DNA of 63,523 nucleotides, filler included, from Nanobdellati archaeon (GTDB lineage: Archaea > Nanobdellota > Nanobdellia > Woesearchaeales > JAADFO01): assembly GCA_013152815.1 (NCBI GenBank). It is 5 parts of 5 records of this genome, joined end to end, with 100 filler letters (N's around TTAATTAATTAA, not from the genome) between each part and the next. Parts side by side here need not be neighbours in the genome. Positions count along the whole stretch, not along the records: positions 1 to 11,412 come from JAADFO010000001.1; positions 11,513 to 33,662 come from JAADFO010000004.1; 3 more parts are not named here. The stretch is one strand, 5' to 3'. The notes under the pieces were generated by a model. The model saw nothing but the letters and a program-made list of their open reading frames with translations. It was not told the origin of the DNA and did not search any database. Below are positions 8,358-17,272 of the stretch, in pieces (position 1 is the stretch's first letter; every line of letters starts with the position of its first letter). The translations under genes were made by a program, and so were the position numbers.

Positions 8358-9358
8358 CCCATGGAATCAAGTATGTCATGGGCATTGAGGCTGTTGATGC
8401 CTGCTTCTATGTCGGTCCATCGTTTTCCGGCAAGGCTTTGGAGCTGGGTGGTCAGGAAGGTCTTCTCCCGTTCGCTCACCCTGGCAAGACGGTCTGCCAG
8501 CTGCAATCCATAGGGGTAGCCTGGAAAGGCAGCATCCTGGGCATCCCAGGAGAGACGTCCCATCACTTCAGGGATGCAGGACCTTGCTGTCCAGAGGTCG
8601 ATGCGGAACAGGTGCTTCGCATGCCTGTTGAGCCTCGCGAAGATGATCTGCGGCTTCCCTTCTTCCGGCAGGAGGGCATCTTCCACATACCCTGAAGACA
8701 TTCCTGCTCGCCCGGAGATGGCCTGGAGCAACGGGATGCCCTTCTTCGTGATGAGCGAACAGGTCTTCCCCAGCCCTGCAACGGCCACGCCTTTCTTCTG
8801 GGCGGCATCGAACAGCTTTTCCAGGCGCTCCTTCTCCTGCGGATGCTGTGATTGGAGGTCGCCGTCGAGGCAGACCAGGTCCTCCTTCTCCAGCACGTCG
8901 AGGCATCGCTGGGCCATGCTGATCTCTGCAATCCTCCTCAATAGTCCTGGCTGTTCTTCAAAGGGGAGTGAACGGTCAAGGGAAGGGGGTGAGGGCATTG
9001 CCGTTGTTCCCTGTTCTGGAAAGATGCTGACCTGCTCCCTGCTTCTGAAGAGTGCAAAGAATGTCTGGGTCAGCTGCCTGACCAAGATGCCTTGCCGCAT
9101 CATGACGGCCTTGATCCTGAAGAACGAGAACAGGTAGGACGGAGACCTGATGAGTTCGGTCTGGCCGCCGTCGATGTAGCAGACCGCGGATTCCCGGGCA
9201 CCTGCAGGTCCTTGGGCGGCCGGCAGAGGGATGGGCAGGAAGGCGAGGTCTGCGATCCTCCTGCTGTGGTATCCTTCAAGCGGTTCTGGTTCATCTGCAG
9301 GGTCAGGACCCTCTGTTCCTATGCTGAGGAAGACCTCATCGACCATTTCCGGTTCCAT
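8354..9358 (-). CDS. nurA: NurA-domain nuclease
   Basis: YIDGG, RRIAE, LDGDL, LGKT, GYPYGLQLADRLARV motifs. Confidence 0.85.
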   Translation of the reverse strand: MEPEMVDEVFLSIGTEGPDPADEPEPLEGYHSRRIADLAFLPIPLPAAQGPAGARESAVCYIDGGQTELIRSPSYLFSFFRIKAVMMRQGILVRQLTQTFFALFRSREQVSIFPEQGTTAMPSPPSLDRSLPFEEQPGLLRRIAEISMAQRCLDVLEKEDLVCLDGDLQSQHPQEKERLEKLFDAAQKKGVAVAGLGKTCSLITKKGIPLLQAISGRAGMSSGYVEDALLPEEGKPQIIFARLNRHAKHLFRIDLWTARSCIPEVMGRLSWDAQDAAFPGYPYGLQLADRLARVSEREKTFLTTQLQSLAGKRWTDIEAGINSLNAHDILDSMG

Positions 9359-10187
9359 GATTCGGAGTAGGTGAAGTGTCCTTTTTGTAGTTTGCCTTGT
9401 TCGTGTCGAGGCCTTTCTGCAATACATATCTCAGGGCAACACGGCCTATGGCGCTCACAGGAACGTTCCACGCTAACGGAGTGTAGTTGAGGACGAAGTA
9501 GAACGGCACTGCTAAATACTTGAGAAGCGCTCTTGAAACCGACCAAAGATTCTTTCCGATGTAATCTGCTGTTTTGAACGGCAGCTTATAGGTCTCGCCG
9601 GTGAACAGCCCCTTAACGAGTTTCAGTGGAGAGTATTCTTTTATGATGTATTGGGCCCCTAAGAAGTAACTGTTCACGACAGGAACGCCTCCCAGGAGCC
9701 ATCCACCATATCGCAGGAAGGGATTTGCTATGGTATGGAGCGTGCTGTACATGAAATTGAGGGCAGGAGTCATGGCGGCTCCCAGATACATTTCTTTTAT
9801 CAAGGATTTTTTCTCAAATCCTTTCTTCCGATTGCTCAGGTAATGGGCAGCGACATAGGACAGCGTCGTGGAAGCGAGGTTGATGATGCCTCCGCCCAGT
9901 AATGCGCCGACGGTATTCACAGCGCCAACTTTAATCCAGTCCCAAAAAGAGAAACTCCTTAAGGTCTCGAAGAATCCCTGTGTCTTCCCCTCGAGGCCGC
10001 CCCCGGGTTGTTCTTTCGGTCCGACGAGATCTGAAAGTTCAGCCTCTTGCGTCTTCAGTCTTGTATCTTGTTCCTGCAGCTTTTTCTTTTGCGCTTGCTG
10101 TCGCTGTTCTTGTTTTTTCAGCTGCCCGAGCTTCTGTGCTTCCTGCTCGGCTACATCGTCGATGTTCTTATCAGGAGGCTCAGCCAT
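9336..10187 (-). CDS. Membrane protein, paralog family (possibly divergent Mpv17/PMP22)
   Basis: Clear paralog of 10180-10971 (WDWIK..N..GA.LGGG..NLA, NY.PL..N.P). Confidence 0.75.
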   Translation of the reverse strand: MAEPPDKNIDDVAEQEAQKLGQLKKQEQRQQAQKKKLQEQDTRLKTQEAELSDLVGPKEQPGGGLEGKTQGFFETLRSFSFWDWIKVGAVNTVGALLGGGIINLASTTLSYVAAHYLSNRKKGFEKKSLIKEMYLGAAMTPALNFMYSTLHTIANPFLRYGGWLLGGVPVVNSYFLGAQYIIKEYSPLKLVKGLFTGETYKLPFKTADYIGKNLWSVSRALLKYLAVPFYFVLNYTPLAWNVPVSAIGRVALRYVLQKGLDTNKANYKKDTSPTPNHGTGNGR

Positions 10188-10971
10188 GTGGCCTCACCTC
10201 CTTCTTCGGCCCGTCCTGGATCGCGGTCTCTCCAGAATGCTTCTCGAGGAGATACCGATAACCGACACGGTTGACTGCCAAGGCAGGCATGTTGTACTGC
10301 AGGGGCAGGTAGTTGAGGACCGGGAACATGGGCAGGGCGAACCATTTGTAGACTGCCTTCAATGCAGGGAAGAAGGTCTTAGCAAGATGGCCAAAGACCT
10401 TGAATGGCATCTTGTAAGTCTCGCCATTGAACAATCCCTTGATGAGCCGCTTCGGATTGTAGTTGTCGATGAAATACTTGGTCGTGATGAAACCTATGTT
10501 GAAGATCGGTATCGAGATGCCAAGATAAGCACCCCAACGGAGGAAGGGGTTCTCTATCCTATGGAGATACTCGAGGAAATTATAGAACACTGCAGTGACC
10601 AATCCACCCATATAGAGGTCTCCTTTGACCCCTTTCCTAGTGAAGCCTTCCTTTCGTTTAGCGAAATAATGGGCAACAAGATACGAGCCGGTCGTCGCAG
10701 CTAGGTTCAGGATGCCTCCTCCCAGGATGGCGCCGCCAAGATTGATACCTGCTATCTTCACCCAGTCCCATGCGTTGAAAGACTTGACAGTCTGCCACAT
10801 CGTCTCGGTCTTGGCTTCAAGATCATCCGGTGTCTGGGAGAAAGCCTGGGATGCCAGGGCATCAGAGATCTCTCTCGGCTTGCTGTGCTGAGGAGGGAAC
10901 TCCTTCTTCGGCAGTTTCTTGGCCTCTTTCTCGGCCACATCATCGATGGTCTTTTGCTGAGGATCAGCCAT
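10180..10971 (-). CDS. Membrane protein, paralog family (possibly divergent Mpv17/PMP22)
   Basis: Paralog of 9336-10187 and, more distantly, 53999-54988. Confidence 0.75.
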   Translation of the reverse strand: MADPQQKTIDDVAEKEAKKLPKKEFPPQHSKPREISDALASQAFSQTPDDLEAKTETMWQTVKSFNAWDWVKIAGINLGGAILGGGILNLAATTGSYLVAHYFAKRKEGFTRKGVKGDLYMGGLVTAVFYNFLEYLHRIENPFLRWGAYLGISIPIFNIGFITTKYFIDNYNPKRLIKGLFNGETYKMPFKVFGHLAKTFFPALKAVYKWFALPMFPVLNYLPLQYNMPALAVNRVGYRYLLEKHSGETAIQDGPKKEVRPHG

Positions 10972-11107
10972 ACGGCATCACCTCTAGGTATCGTTTGATT
11001 GCTTGCTCGAAGAATTGAGAGGTGCTCCTGAATTCGCCTTTCCGTACAAGCTCTTTGATCTCCCGCAGAACGCCCCCCTCGACAGAGATGCTCTGCTTCA
11101 GTTTCAT
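10964..11107 (-). CDS. 47-aa ribbon-helix-helix regulator, CopG/CdrS-like (not in ORF track)
   Basis: Hand-translated MKLKQSISVEGGVLREIKELVRKGEFRSTSQFFEQAIKRYLEVMPYG*. Overlaps both neighbours. Confidence 0.75.
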   Translation of the reverse strand: MKLKQSISVEGGVLREIKELVRKGEFRSTSQFFEQAIKRYLEVMPYG

Positions 11108-11247
11108 CAGGTGTCCTTCAGGGCCTCGAGAAATGCTTCTGCAGCCTCTTCTGCAAGCTGGCTACGGCTCTTATGTGGGTGGCGATGTGCCATCATCCTG
11201 AGGATTGTAGCTTCTTCCAGCGCCACGGATATCTTGGTTTTTTGCAT
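11107..11247 (-). CDS. 46-aa ribbon-helix-helix regulator (not in ORF track)
   Basis: Hand-translated MQKTKISVALEEATILRMMAHRHPHKSRSQLAEEAAEAFLEALKDT*. TGATG coupling to the next gene; TTTATAAA upstream. Confidence 0.72.
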   Translation of the reverse strand: MQKTKISVALEEATILRMMAHRHPHKSRSQLAEEAAEAFLEALKDT

Positions 11248-11412
11248 ACTGTAACCACCGGTAAGAAGTGAAATAATTACTACTCATTTATAAATGTTTC
11301 TTAAAGTTTATAAATAGATCGGGGACAGGATGCGACAGAATAAAACAGAATGATGCTCTGAGAACACATAATCTTTTATTGCTTTCACCATTAGCTTTCA
11401 CCATGGCACAGC

Positions 11413-11512
11413 NNNNNNNNNNNNNNNNNNNNNNNNNNNNNNNNNNNNNNNNNNNNTTAATTAATTAANNNNNNNNNNNNNNNNNNNNNNNNNNNNNNNN
11501 NNNNNNNNNNNN
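11413..11512. other. Artificial contig-joining spacer
   Basis: N-run, TTAATTAATTAA (stops in all frames), N-run. Confidence 0.95.
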
Positions 11513-11578
11513 GGATCAGGAAATGAGCAGGATAAAAACCCTTATAAACAGAATAGGTCCTCTTTCTGCTACTGAGGC

Positions 11579-11702
11579 GCCGGGATAACTCAGTCCGGTT
11601 AGAGTGCCACGCTCATAAAGCTTGAGCAATGAGGTCTGGAAAGGCCGATGATTGATTCGGCATGCACCGTGGATGTCGGGGGTTCAAATCCCCTTCCCGG
11701 CA
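11579..11702 (+). tRNA. tRNA-Met(CAT), elongator type, with about 49-nt anticodon-loop intron (about 11618-11666)
   Basis: Acceptor GCCGGGA/TCCCGGC-A, stem CCACG/CGTGG, CTCATA loop, GGTTCAAATCC; TTATAAA upstream. Confidence 0.88.
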
Positions 11703-11793
11703 TATTATTCTCCTGAAGATGCGCTTCATGAGATAGTCTCCGGAAGAGCGTCGTCTCACAGAAAAGCACGTTCTTTGATTAGGCTGTCACCAT

Positions 11794-12168
11794 TCATCTG
11801 ATCATCGGCTGATACTTGTGGAGATGTCCTATGATGAGCGTCCTATACTGCGAGAAAGCCTTCTCGTTCAGAGGAAGGATATCTGCAGTTCCTTGATTGA
11901 GGAGCTGATGGAAGTCATTGGTCCTTGCTTCCTGAGGAAGACCGTTGAGGATATCGTCGATATGCAGGACCTCGGAATCGTTGTCGATGTCCCTGGCCAT
12001 CATATCAAGGATGCAGGGGATATTGCTTTCTGTCTTCTCGTCGATGGTCTGTCTCTTGACACGGAAACCGAGATACTTGATGATCTCGTCACCGCTTATG
12101 ACAGCACAGCCGAGATAGGGCTCGTCGTTGATCTTGGTGTGATACAAGGAAAGTTTGCAACTGCTCAT
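11794..12168 (-). CDS. Hypothetical protein
   Basis: 124-aa ORF with GGTGA RBS and plausible composition. Confidence 0.6.
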   Translation of the reverse strand: MSSCKLSLYHTKINDEPYLGCAVISGDEIIKYLGFRVKRQTIDEKTESNIPCILDMMARDIDNDSEVLHIDDILNGLPQEARTNDFHQLLNQGTADILPLNEKAFSQYRTLIIGHLHKYQPMIR

Positions 12169-12322
12169 ATATGTTCACCGGTTCTTTTCACATACGACGC
12201 TGCCCTCCCGCAAAGCATGCAGGAAGAGTATATTTTTGTCATTAATGAAGGGTAAATAAACACCCATTTAAATAGATTGTGTAGATTGTACAACCCGTCG
12301 GGCAACCAGGGTACAGGGGAGT

Positions 12323-13375
12323 TCAGAACACGCCAGGAAGCTTTGTCCTGCACACAGGGCACATACCCCCTTCAAGGAGATGGTTCTCCTCGACAGACAT
12401 GTAGCCTCGCCTGATGAGCAATGACCCACAGGCGCTGCAATAGGTATTGCCGTACTTCCCGGGCATGATGTTTCCGCAATAGACGTGATGCAGGCCCTCT
12501 TCCAGTGCGATGTCCCTTGCATCGGTCAATGTCTTTGCAGGAGTTGGAGGAAGATGCTCCAGCCGGAAAGCAGGATGGAACGCAGTGAGATGCAAAGGAT
12601 GGTCCGGGCCGATCGTATCGACGATCCAGCGGCTCATCTTCCTCGTCTCAGCAGGACTGTCGTTGAGCGTCGGTATCTTCAGGTTGGTCAGCTCCATCCA
12701 GATATGCTTCTGCCCGTGATAATACCGGATGGTGTCGAGGACCGGCTGGAGCATGGCATAGGCCTGCCTGCGATAGAATTCCTCGGTGAAGGCCTTCAGG
12801 TCCACGTTGACCGCATCGATCCATCTGCTCCACTCCTTCCTCGGCTCATCTGAGATGAAGCCGTTGCTCACCAGGACGTTCCTGATGCCTTTCCTGTGTG
12901 CCAGACGGGCGATATCCACCACGTATTCGAAGAAGATGGTGGGTTCATTATAGGTATAGGAGATGGACGGGACCCCCTGAGCAAGTGCCAGGTCGACGAC
13001 TTCCTCAGGACTCACCCGGACGTCCTTTGTCAGGTCGCTCTTGGTGGTCTGCCAGTTCTGGCAGAAGAGGCATCCTAGGTTGCAGCCGACGGTCCCGAAA
13101 CTCAGCGACGATGAACCGGGGAGAAAATGATAGAACGGCTTTTTTTCGATGGGGTCGATGGCAAACCCCACCGGATTCCCATAGCCAAGGGTATAGAGCG
13201 TCCCTTTGATGTTCTTCCTGATGGAACAGAAACCTGCCTTGCCTTCAGCGATGACGCAGCGTTTCGGGCAGAGCTCGCACTGGACCATGCTCTTGAACGG
13301 TCTCCAGTAGCGGGCCTTCTGCAGGCTCTTGCCTGCAGAGCGCTCTTTGTCGGCGATGGGTCGTGGAATTGCCAT
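12323..13375 (-). CDS. amrS: AmmeMemoRadiSam system radical SAM enzyme
   Basis: CELCPKRC, DPIEKKPFYHF, GCNLGCLFCQNW, TYNEPT, C-terminal CxxC pairs. Confidence 0.92.
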   Translation of the reverse strand: MAIPRPIADKERSAGKSLQKARYWRPFKSMVQCELCPKRCVIAEGKAGFCSIRKNIKGTLYTLGYGNPVGFAIDPIEKKPFYHFLPGSSSLSFGTVGCNLGCLFCQNWQTTKSDLTKDVRVSPEEVVDLALAQGVPSISYTYNEPTIFFEYVVDIARLAHRKGIRNVLVSNGFISDEPRKEWSRWIDAVNVDLKAFTEEFYRRQAYAMLQPVLDTIRYYHGQKHIWMELTNLKIPTLNDSPAETRKMSRWIVDTIGPDHPLHLTAFHPAFRLEHLPPTPAKTLTDARDIALEEGLHHVYCGNIMPGKYGNTYCSACGSLLIRRGYMSVEENHLLEGGMCPVCRTKLPGVF

Positions 13376-13494
13376 GTCCTCCTGTCCGGGAGATGAAACC
13401 CCAAGGATAAAAGTCCATAAGATATTTATAGGTATGCGAAGAGCGTATGCAGATGGACGGGTTTTTCCATTCCAGGAAGAGAAGAGGTCAGACC

Positions 13495-14547
13495 ATGCGT
13501 GAACAGCTGAAGAGCGTGCTCTACTACACTCTTCCACGGAAGGTGTTCAACAGGCTCATCCTCCGAAAGGTCTCCCGCACCTTCGCGGTCACCATACCCC
13601 AGATAGACAGGAGTATGCGCCAGGCAGCAGTGGTCGGCTACAACCTTGCCCGCGTACTGGACAGTTTCGAGGATGAAGGCTCCAAAGATGCATTCCCTGA
13701 GACAGAACGCATCATCCTTATGGACGAGTTCATGCTCCTCATGGACAGGAACAGGACCGACAGGGAGCACAGGAGAGCCATCTATCGGCACATCAGCAGA
13801 TTCGCCAGGGATGCCAACATCACCAGCCACCATTATCGTGTGCTGCTCGACAACACGCGGAAGGTCGTGAGGGCAAAGGAGAAGCTCCATCCTGAAGCGC
13901 AGGTCATCATCGTCCGCTGGCTCGAAGAGATGAACAGCGGGATGAAGAAGTACCTGCTGAAGGAGGTCGTGCAGTTCTCGAATCTTGATGAATACTGTTA
14001 TTATGTGGCTGGCACGGTCGGAGGCATGATGACCGAGCTCATGTATCATTTCTCAGGCAACCTCCCTGAGCCAGAGCATGCTGATCCAGGACTGCTGCAG
14101 AAAGCGTTCTCATTGGGGAAATTCCTGCAGATGGTCAATATCATCAGGGATTTCCGCCAGGATGCCCTGCAGAAGAAGGACTACTGGCCAGCTTCGCTCT
14201 TCTCGAAGACCTTCACCAAGGACATCTCCCTGAGCAGACAGGTGGTGAAGAGCAGGGCAGCGTTGCAGAAGATGGTGGCGTTCGCAGAGCTCCACCGGAA
14301 AGCTGCCTACGAATACATCATGGGCATCGCCAACGACCTTCCCGGATACCGACGGTTCTGTCTCCTCAACTTCATCATGGTCAACAAGACCCTCCAGATC
14401 ATCAAGGAGAACAGCACAAAAGTTTTCCAGAGCAGGACACAGCTCAAGTTCTCCCGGAACTTCCTCTTCAGGATTCTCGCGACAGATATGGAAGGGCTCC
14501 AGCATCTTGCCGAAGGGTATGTCATGGGAACTCCCCTGGCAGGATAG
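13495..14547 (+). CDS. Squalene/phytoene synthase family protein
   Basis: VSRTFA, DSFED, YCYYVAGTVG, GKFLQMVNIIRD. Confidence 0.88.
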   Translation: MREQLKSVLYYTLPRKVFNRLILRKVSRTFAVTIPQIDRSMRQAAVVGYNLARVLDSFEDEGSKDAFPETERIILMDEFMLLMDRNRTDREHRRAIYRHISRFARDANITSHHYRVLLDNTRKVVRAKEKLHPEAQVIIVRWLEEMNSGMKKYLLKEVVQFSNLDEYCYYVAGTVGGMMTELMYHFSGNLPEPEHADPGLLQKAFSLGKFLQMVNIIRDFRQDALQKKDYWPASLFSKTFTKDISLSRQVVKSRAALQKMVAFAELHRKAAYEYIMGIANDLPGYRRFCLLNFIMVNKTLQIIKENSTKVFQSRTQLKFSRNFLFRILATDMEGLQHLAEGYVMGTPLAG

Positions 14548-14618
14548 CGGTTCAGGTCGCCAGCACGGTCTGTCTTTGGAGATGAGGGGGATGAGATGAT
14601 ACGCTGGTCATTTCAGGG

Positions 14619-15494
14619 TCATGGTTTCTTGGTGATGATGTATTTCTTCAGGAAATAATCCGGCCGGTAGAGGAGCTTTGCATGGCGGAGGTTCTTCACG
14701 CCAAGATCCTGCATCATGTTGACATACTTGTAGGGATGCTGGCTGCAGAAATGGAGGAACAGAGCAGGGAACATGCCCCTGTAGTTGAGGTCGCATTTCT
14801 CGAAGTGAGTCAGCAGGGTGAGCGGGTTGAGCTCCTCCCCGATGATATACCCTTTGATCTCGTCCTGTATCATGATGACCCCGCCCAGGAGGTCGAACCT
14901 GTTGTAGTTGTCGAGGACGGCCAGGGCAGCTTCGTGCTCGGCGTGCAGATGAGGATCATTGATCCTCTCCCTGTTGTTCTCATACCATTGTTCTTCGAAC
15001 GATCTCACATATCGGATGAGGCCAGGAGTGAGAGGACGGTAAACAGGGCCATAGGTGCGGGTGAAATAATTATAGAGACGCCTCCGGTTGATGAATGCTT
15101 TGCCGGGCAGATGCACCAGGGTATCATGGAGGAAGAGATAGTCTGCGTTGTCCCGATCAAAGGTTGCTTTGACAGCATGATGACGAAGCCGCCGGACATG
15201 ACGTCGGGTCATATGGATGAGGAGTCCTGTGTCCTCCAGGAGTCGGGCAAGGGTCTCCTGCAGACGGAACGAGCCGATGGGAGGGAGAAATGCTTCATGG
15301 CTTCCATAGGTTGCCTTGATGACGATGTTCTCATTGAGCCGGGAGAGGCGGTAGTGACGGAGGCTGTCCCAGCCGAAGAGATTGACGAAGGAGACATCAG
15401 AGACCAGCAGCGGGGATTTCTTCGCTTTGGCCAGGTAGGCATCTTTCATCCGCAGGGAGAGCGGAGCAGATTTCGGATAGGTCGGTATGTCCAC
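14619..15494 (-). CDS. DUF2156 / phosphatidylglycerol lysyltransferase-like GNAT protein
   Basis: SFVNLFGW, DRDNADY, HFEKC, YVNMMQDLGVKNLRHAKLLYRP. Confidence 0.85.
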   Translation of the reverse strand: MDIPTYPKSAPLSLRMKDAYLAKAKKSPLLVSDVSFVNLFGWDSLRHYRLSRLNENIVIKATYGSHEAFLPPIGSFRLQETLARLLEDTGLLIHMTRRHVRRLRHHAVKATFDRDNADYLFLHDTLVHLPGKAFINRRRLYNYFTRTYGPVYRPLTPGLIRYVRSFEEQWYENNRERINDPHLHAEHEAALAVLDNYNRFDLLGGVIMIQDEIKGYIIGEELNPLTLLTHFEKCDLNYRGMFPALFLHFCSQHPYKYVNMMQDLGVKNLRHAKLLYRPDYFLKKYIITKKP

Positions 15495-15606
15495 AGCAGA
15501 GGAAAAGCAGACGGGAATATATACTTTTTCAGAAAACAGGCATTCTAATGAGCAACGAACAATATAGGGACAATATATTTAATAAGCAGCGGCTATCAAG
15601 AGAGGT

Positions 15607-16554
15607 ATGCAGAAAAAAAGCAGGAGAACGGTCAGGAAGATGGCCGGCAAGGTCTCCTCAGGGCTGACCTTGGCGCTCATGATGGTCCTGATCATCGGGC
15701 TTCTTTCTTCCTGCTCGTCAGAGGAAGGGCAGTCCACCAACGAGAGCGCGGCCACGGCCAAGAGCGAGAACATCACCTCCCCGGACTACGATGGATTGCT
15801 GAAGAACCTTACCGTAGCTGATTTCGGAGCACGGGCAAAAGCGTCCCAGATATTGACCGATCTGGGAGGACAGGCTGTTCCCACGATCATCGAGTTCCTT
15901 CATGCCCAGCCCTATGAAGGAGAGGATCCGGCATCGTTCCGGGCAAGATGGGAAGCGGTCAATCTCCTCGGAAGGATAGCCGACCCCAGGGCAGGACAGG
16001 TCCTGGTGGACCGCATCGTGAACGACCAGGAGAACCCTGTGCGATGGAGAGCCATCTGGGCGTTCAAGAGTCTTTCCCTGACGCCGGAGGAGAAGGCAGA
16101 TGCATTCGTGCCGTATCTGGCTGGCCAGGATGGACGGCTGCAGTGGAACGCTGCTGTCGCCCTCGCAAGCCTGGGAGACCGAAAAGGCATCGCCGTGTTG
16201 GCAGAAGGCCTCCAGAGCAGATCGGCCTGGAGGCGGTGGGAAGCAGTCTACAGCCTGGGCCTTCTGGGAGACAGCGAGGCCGCGTCCTATGCGCTCGGCG
16301 CGCTCAACGACGACAGCAAAAAGGTCAGGCAGGAGGCGGTCATGACCCTCGGCAGGTCAGGAGACATGACCTTCAGGAGTGCGCTCCTTCCGCTCATCAA
16401 CGACTCTGAAGCAGGGGTGAGGTGGAGGGCGGCAGAGGCGGTCATCAGGCTCGGACAGGAGAACGCCACATCCCTCGTCAGCAGGATGCTGGCGAGAGAG
16501 CTCGACCCGACTGCCAAGCAGGAGCTCATCCGCATCAGGGATGCGTTGGGATGA
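15607..16554 (+). CDS. HEAT-repeat protein with lipoprotein-type signal peptide
   Basis: Basic N-terminus, hydrophobic stretch, LLSSC; repeated VRW.A...LG units. Confidence 0.85.
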   Translation: MQKKSRRTVRKMAGKVSSGLTLALMMVLIIGLLSSCSSEEGQSTNESAATAKSENITSPDYDGLLKNLTVADFGARAKASQILTDLGGQAVPTIIEFLHAQPYEGEDPASFRARWEAVNLLGRIADPRAGQVLVDRIVNDQENPVRWRAIWAFKSLSLTPEEKADAFVPYLAGQDGRLQWNAAVALASLGDRKGIAVLAEGLQSRSAWRRWEAVYSLGLLGDSEAASYALGALNDDSKKVRQEAVMTLGRSGDMTFRSALLPLINDSEAGVRWRAAEAVIRLGQENATSLVSRMLARELDPTAKQELIRIRDALG

Positions 16555-16634
16555 CGAGAAGGAGGGAAGACAGGAAAACCGCTTGCTACTGCTGAGCGAT
16601 CTTTTCTTTTTCTTCTTTTTTTGATCGTTTATGA

Positions 16635-17216
16635 TCATTCTATGATGTGAAACAGGGTGTAGAGATGGAAGATTGAGCGTTCTATCAGGGTCACCACACG
16701 ATAAAAAAGGGGCATGGTCCCAAGATGGAGCGGCCTCACCAGGATGGTGAAGAGCCCTGCCCTGTTTCCGCCGACGATGTCTGCGATGATCCTGTCGCCC
16801 ACCATGGCGGTCTCTTCGGGGTTGAAGTGATGCTCTTTCATGGCCCCTACGAATGCCCGGGGCGAGGGTTTCTTGTTGAGAGGGATGATGCAGGCCATGC
16901 CAAAGCCTTCTTCGACCTCACGCTTGCGGCGCATGACCGGCCCTTTCTCGCTGCTGTGGTTGAAGTTAGTCAGCCCGACGCAGTTGAAGGTGCTTTTGAG
17001 TTCCTCAAAAGCCACCTTCACGAGTATTGACGGATGAGGAGCATGGTAGGCCGACAGGGTGTGATCGATGTCGAAAAGGATGTTCTTGATGCCTTTTTTC
17101 TGAAGGAGAGAGATATCCAGGTCGTTGATGGAACGAAGAGCGAGGTCAGGCCTGATGAGCGATGGACGCAGAAGGGCGAACCAGGTGGATGGCTGGAGAT
17201 ACTGGTGATGGATCAT
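16635..17216 (-). CDS. YqeG-like HAD IIIA phosphatase
   Basis: FDIDHTL, KKP, MVGDRIIADIVGGNRAG. Confidence 0.88.
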   Translation of the reverse strand: MIHHQYLQPSTWFALLRPSLIRPDLALRSINDLDISLLQKKGIKNILFDIDHTLSAYHAPHPSILVKVAFEELKSTFNCVGLTNFNHSSEKGPVMRRKREVEEGFGMACIIPLNKKPSPRAFVGAMKEHHFNPEETAMVGDRIIADIVGGNRAGLFTILVRPLHLGTMPLFYRVVTLIERSIFHLYTLFHIIE

Positions 17217-17272
17217 GAGATGAAAACTGAGACATAAAACTATATAAGCATACCTGTAAGCATATCAGACAA

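Noticed and set aside
11413..11512. TTAATTAATTAA palindrome occurring four times
   Set aside because: Always embedded in N runs of identical layout; an artificial contig linker. Gene adjacencies across these joins were not interpreted.
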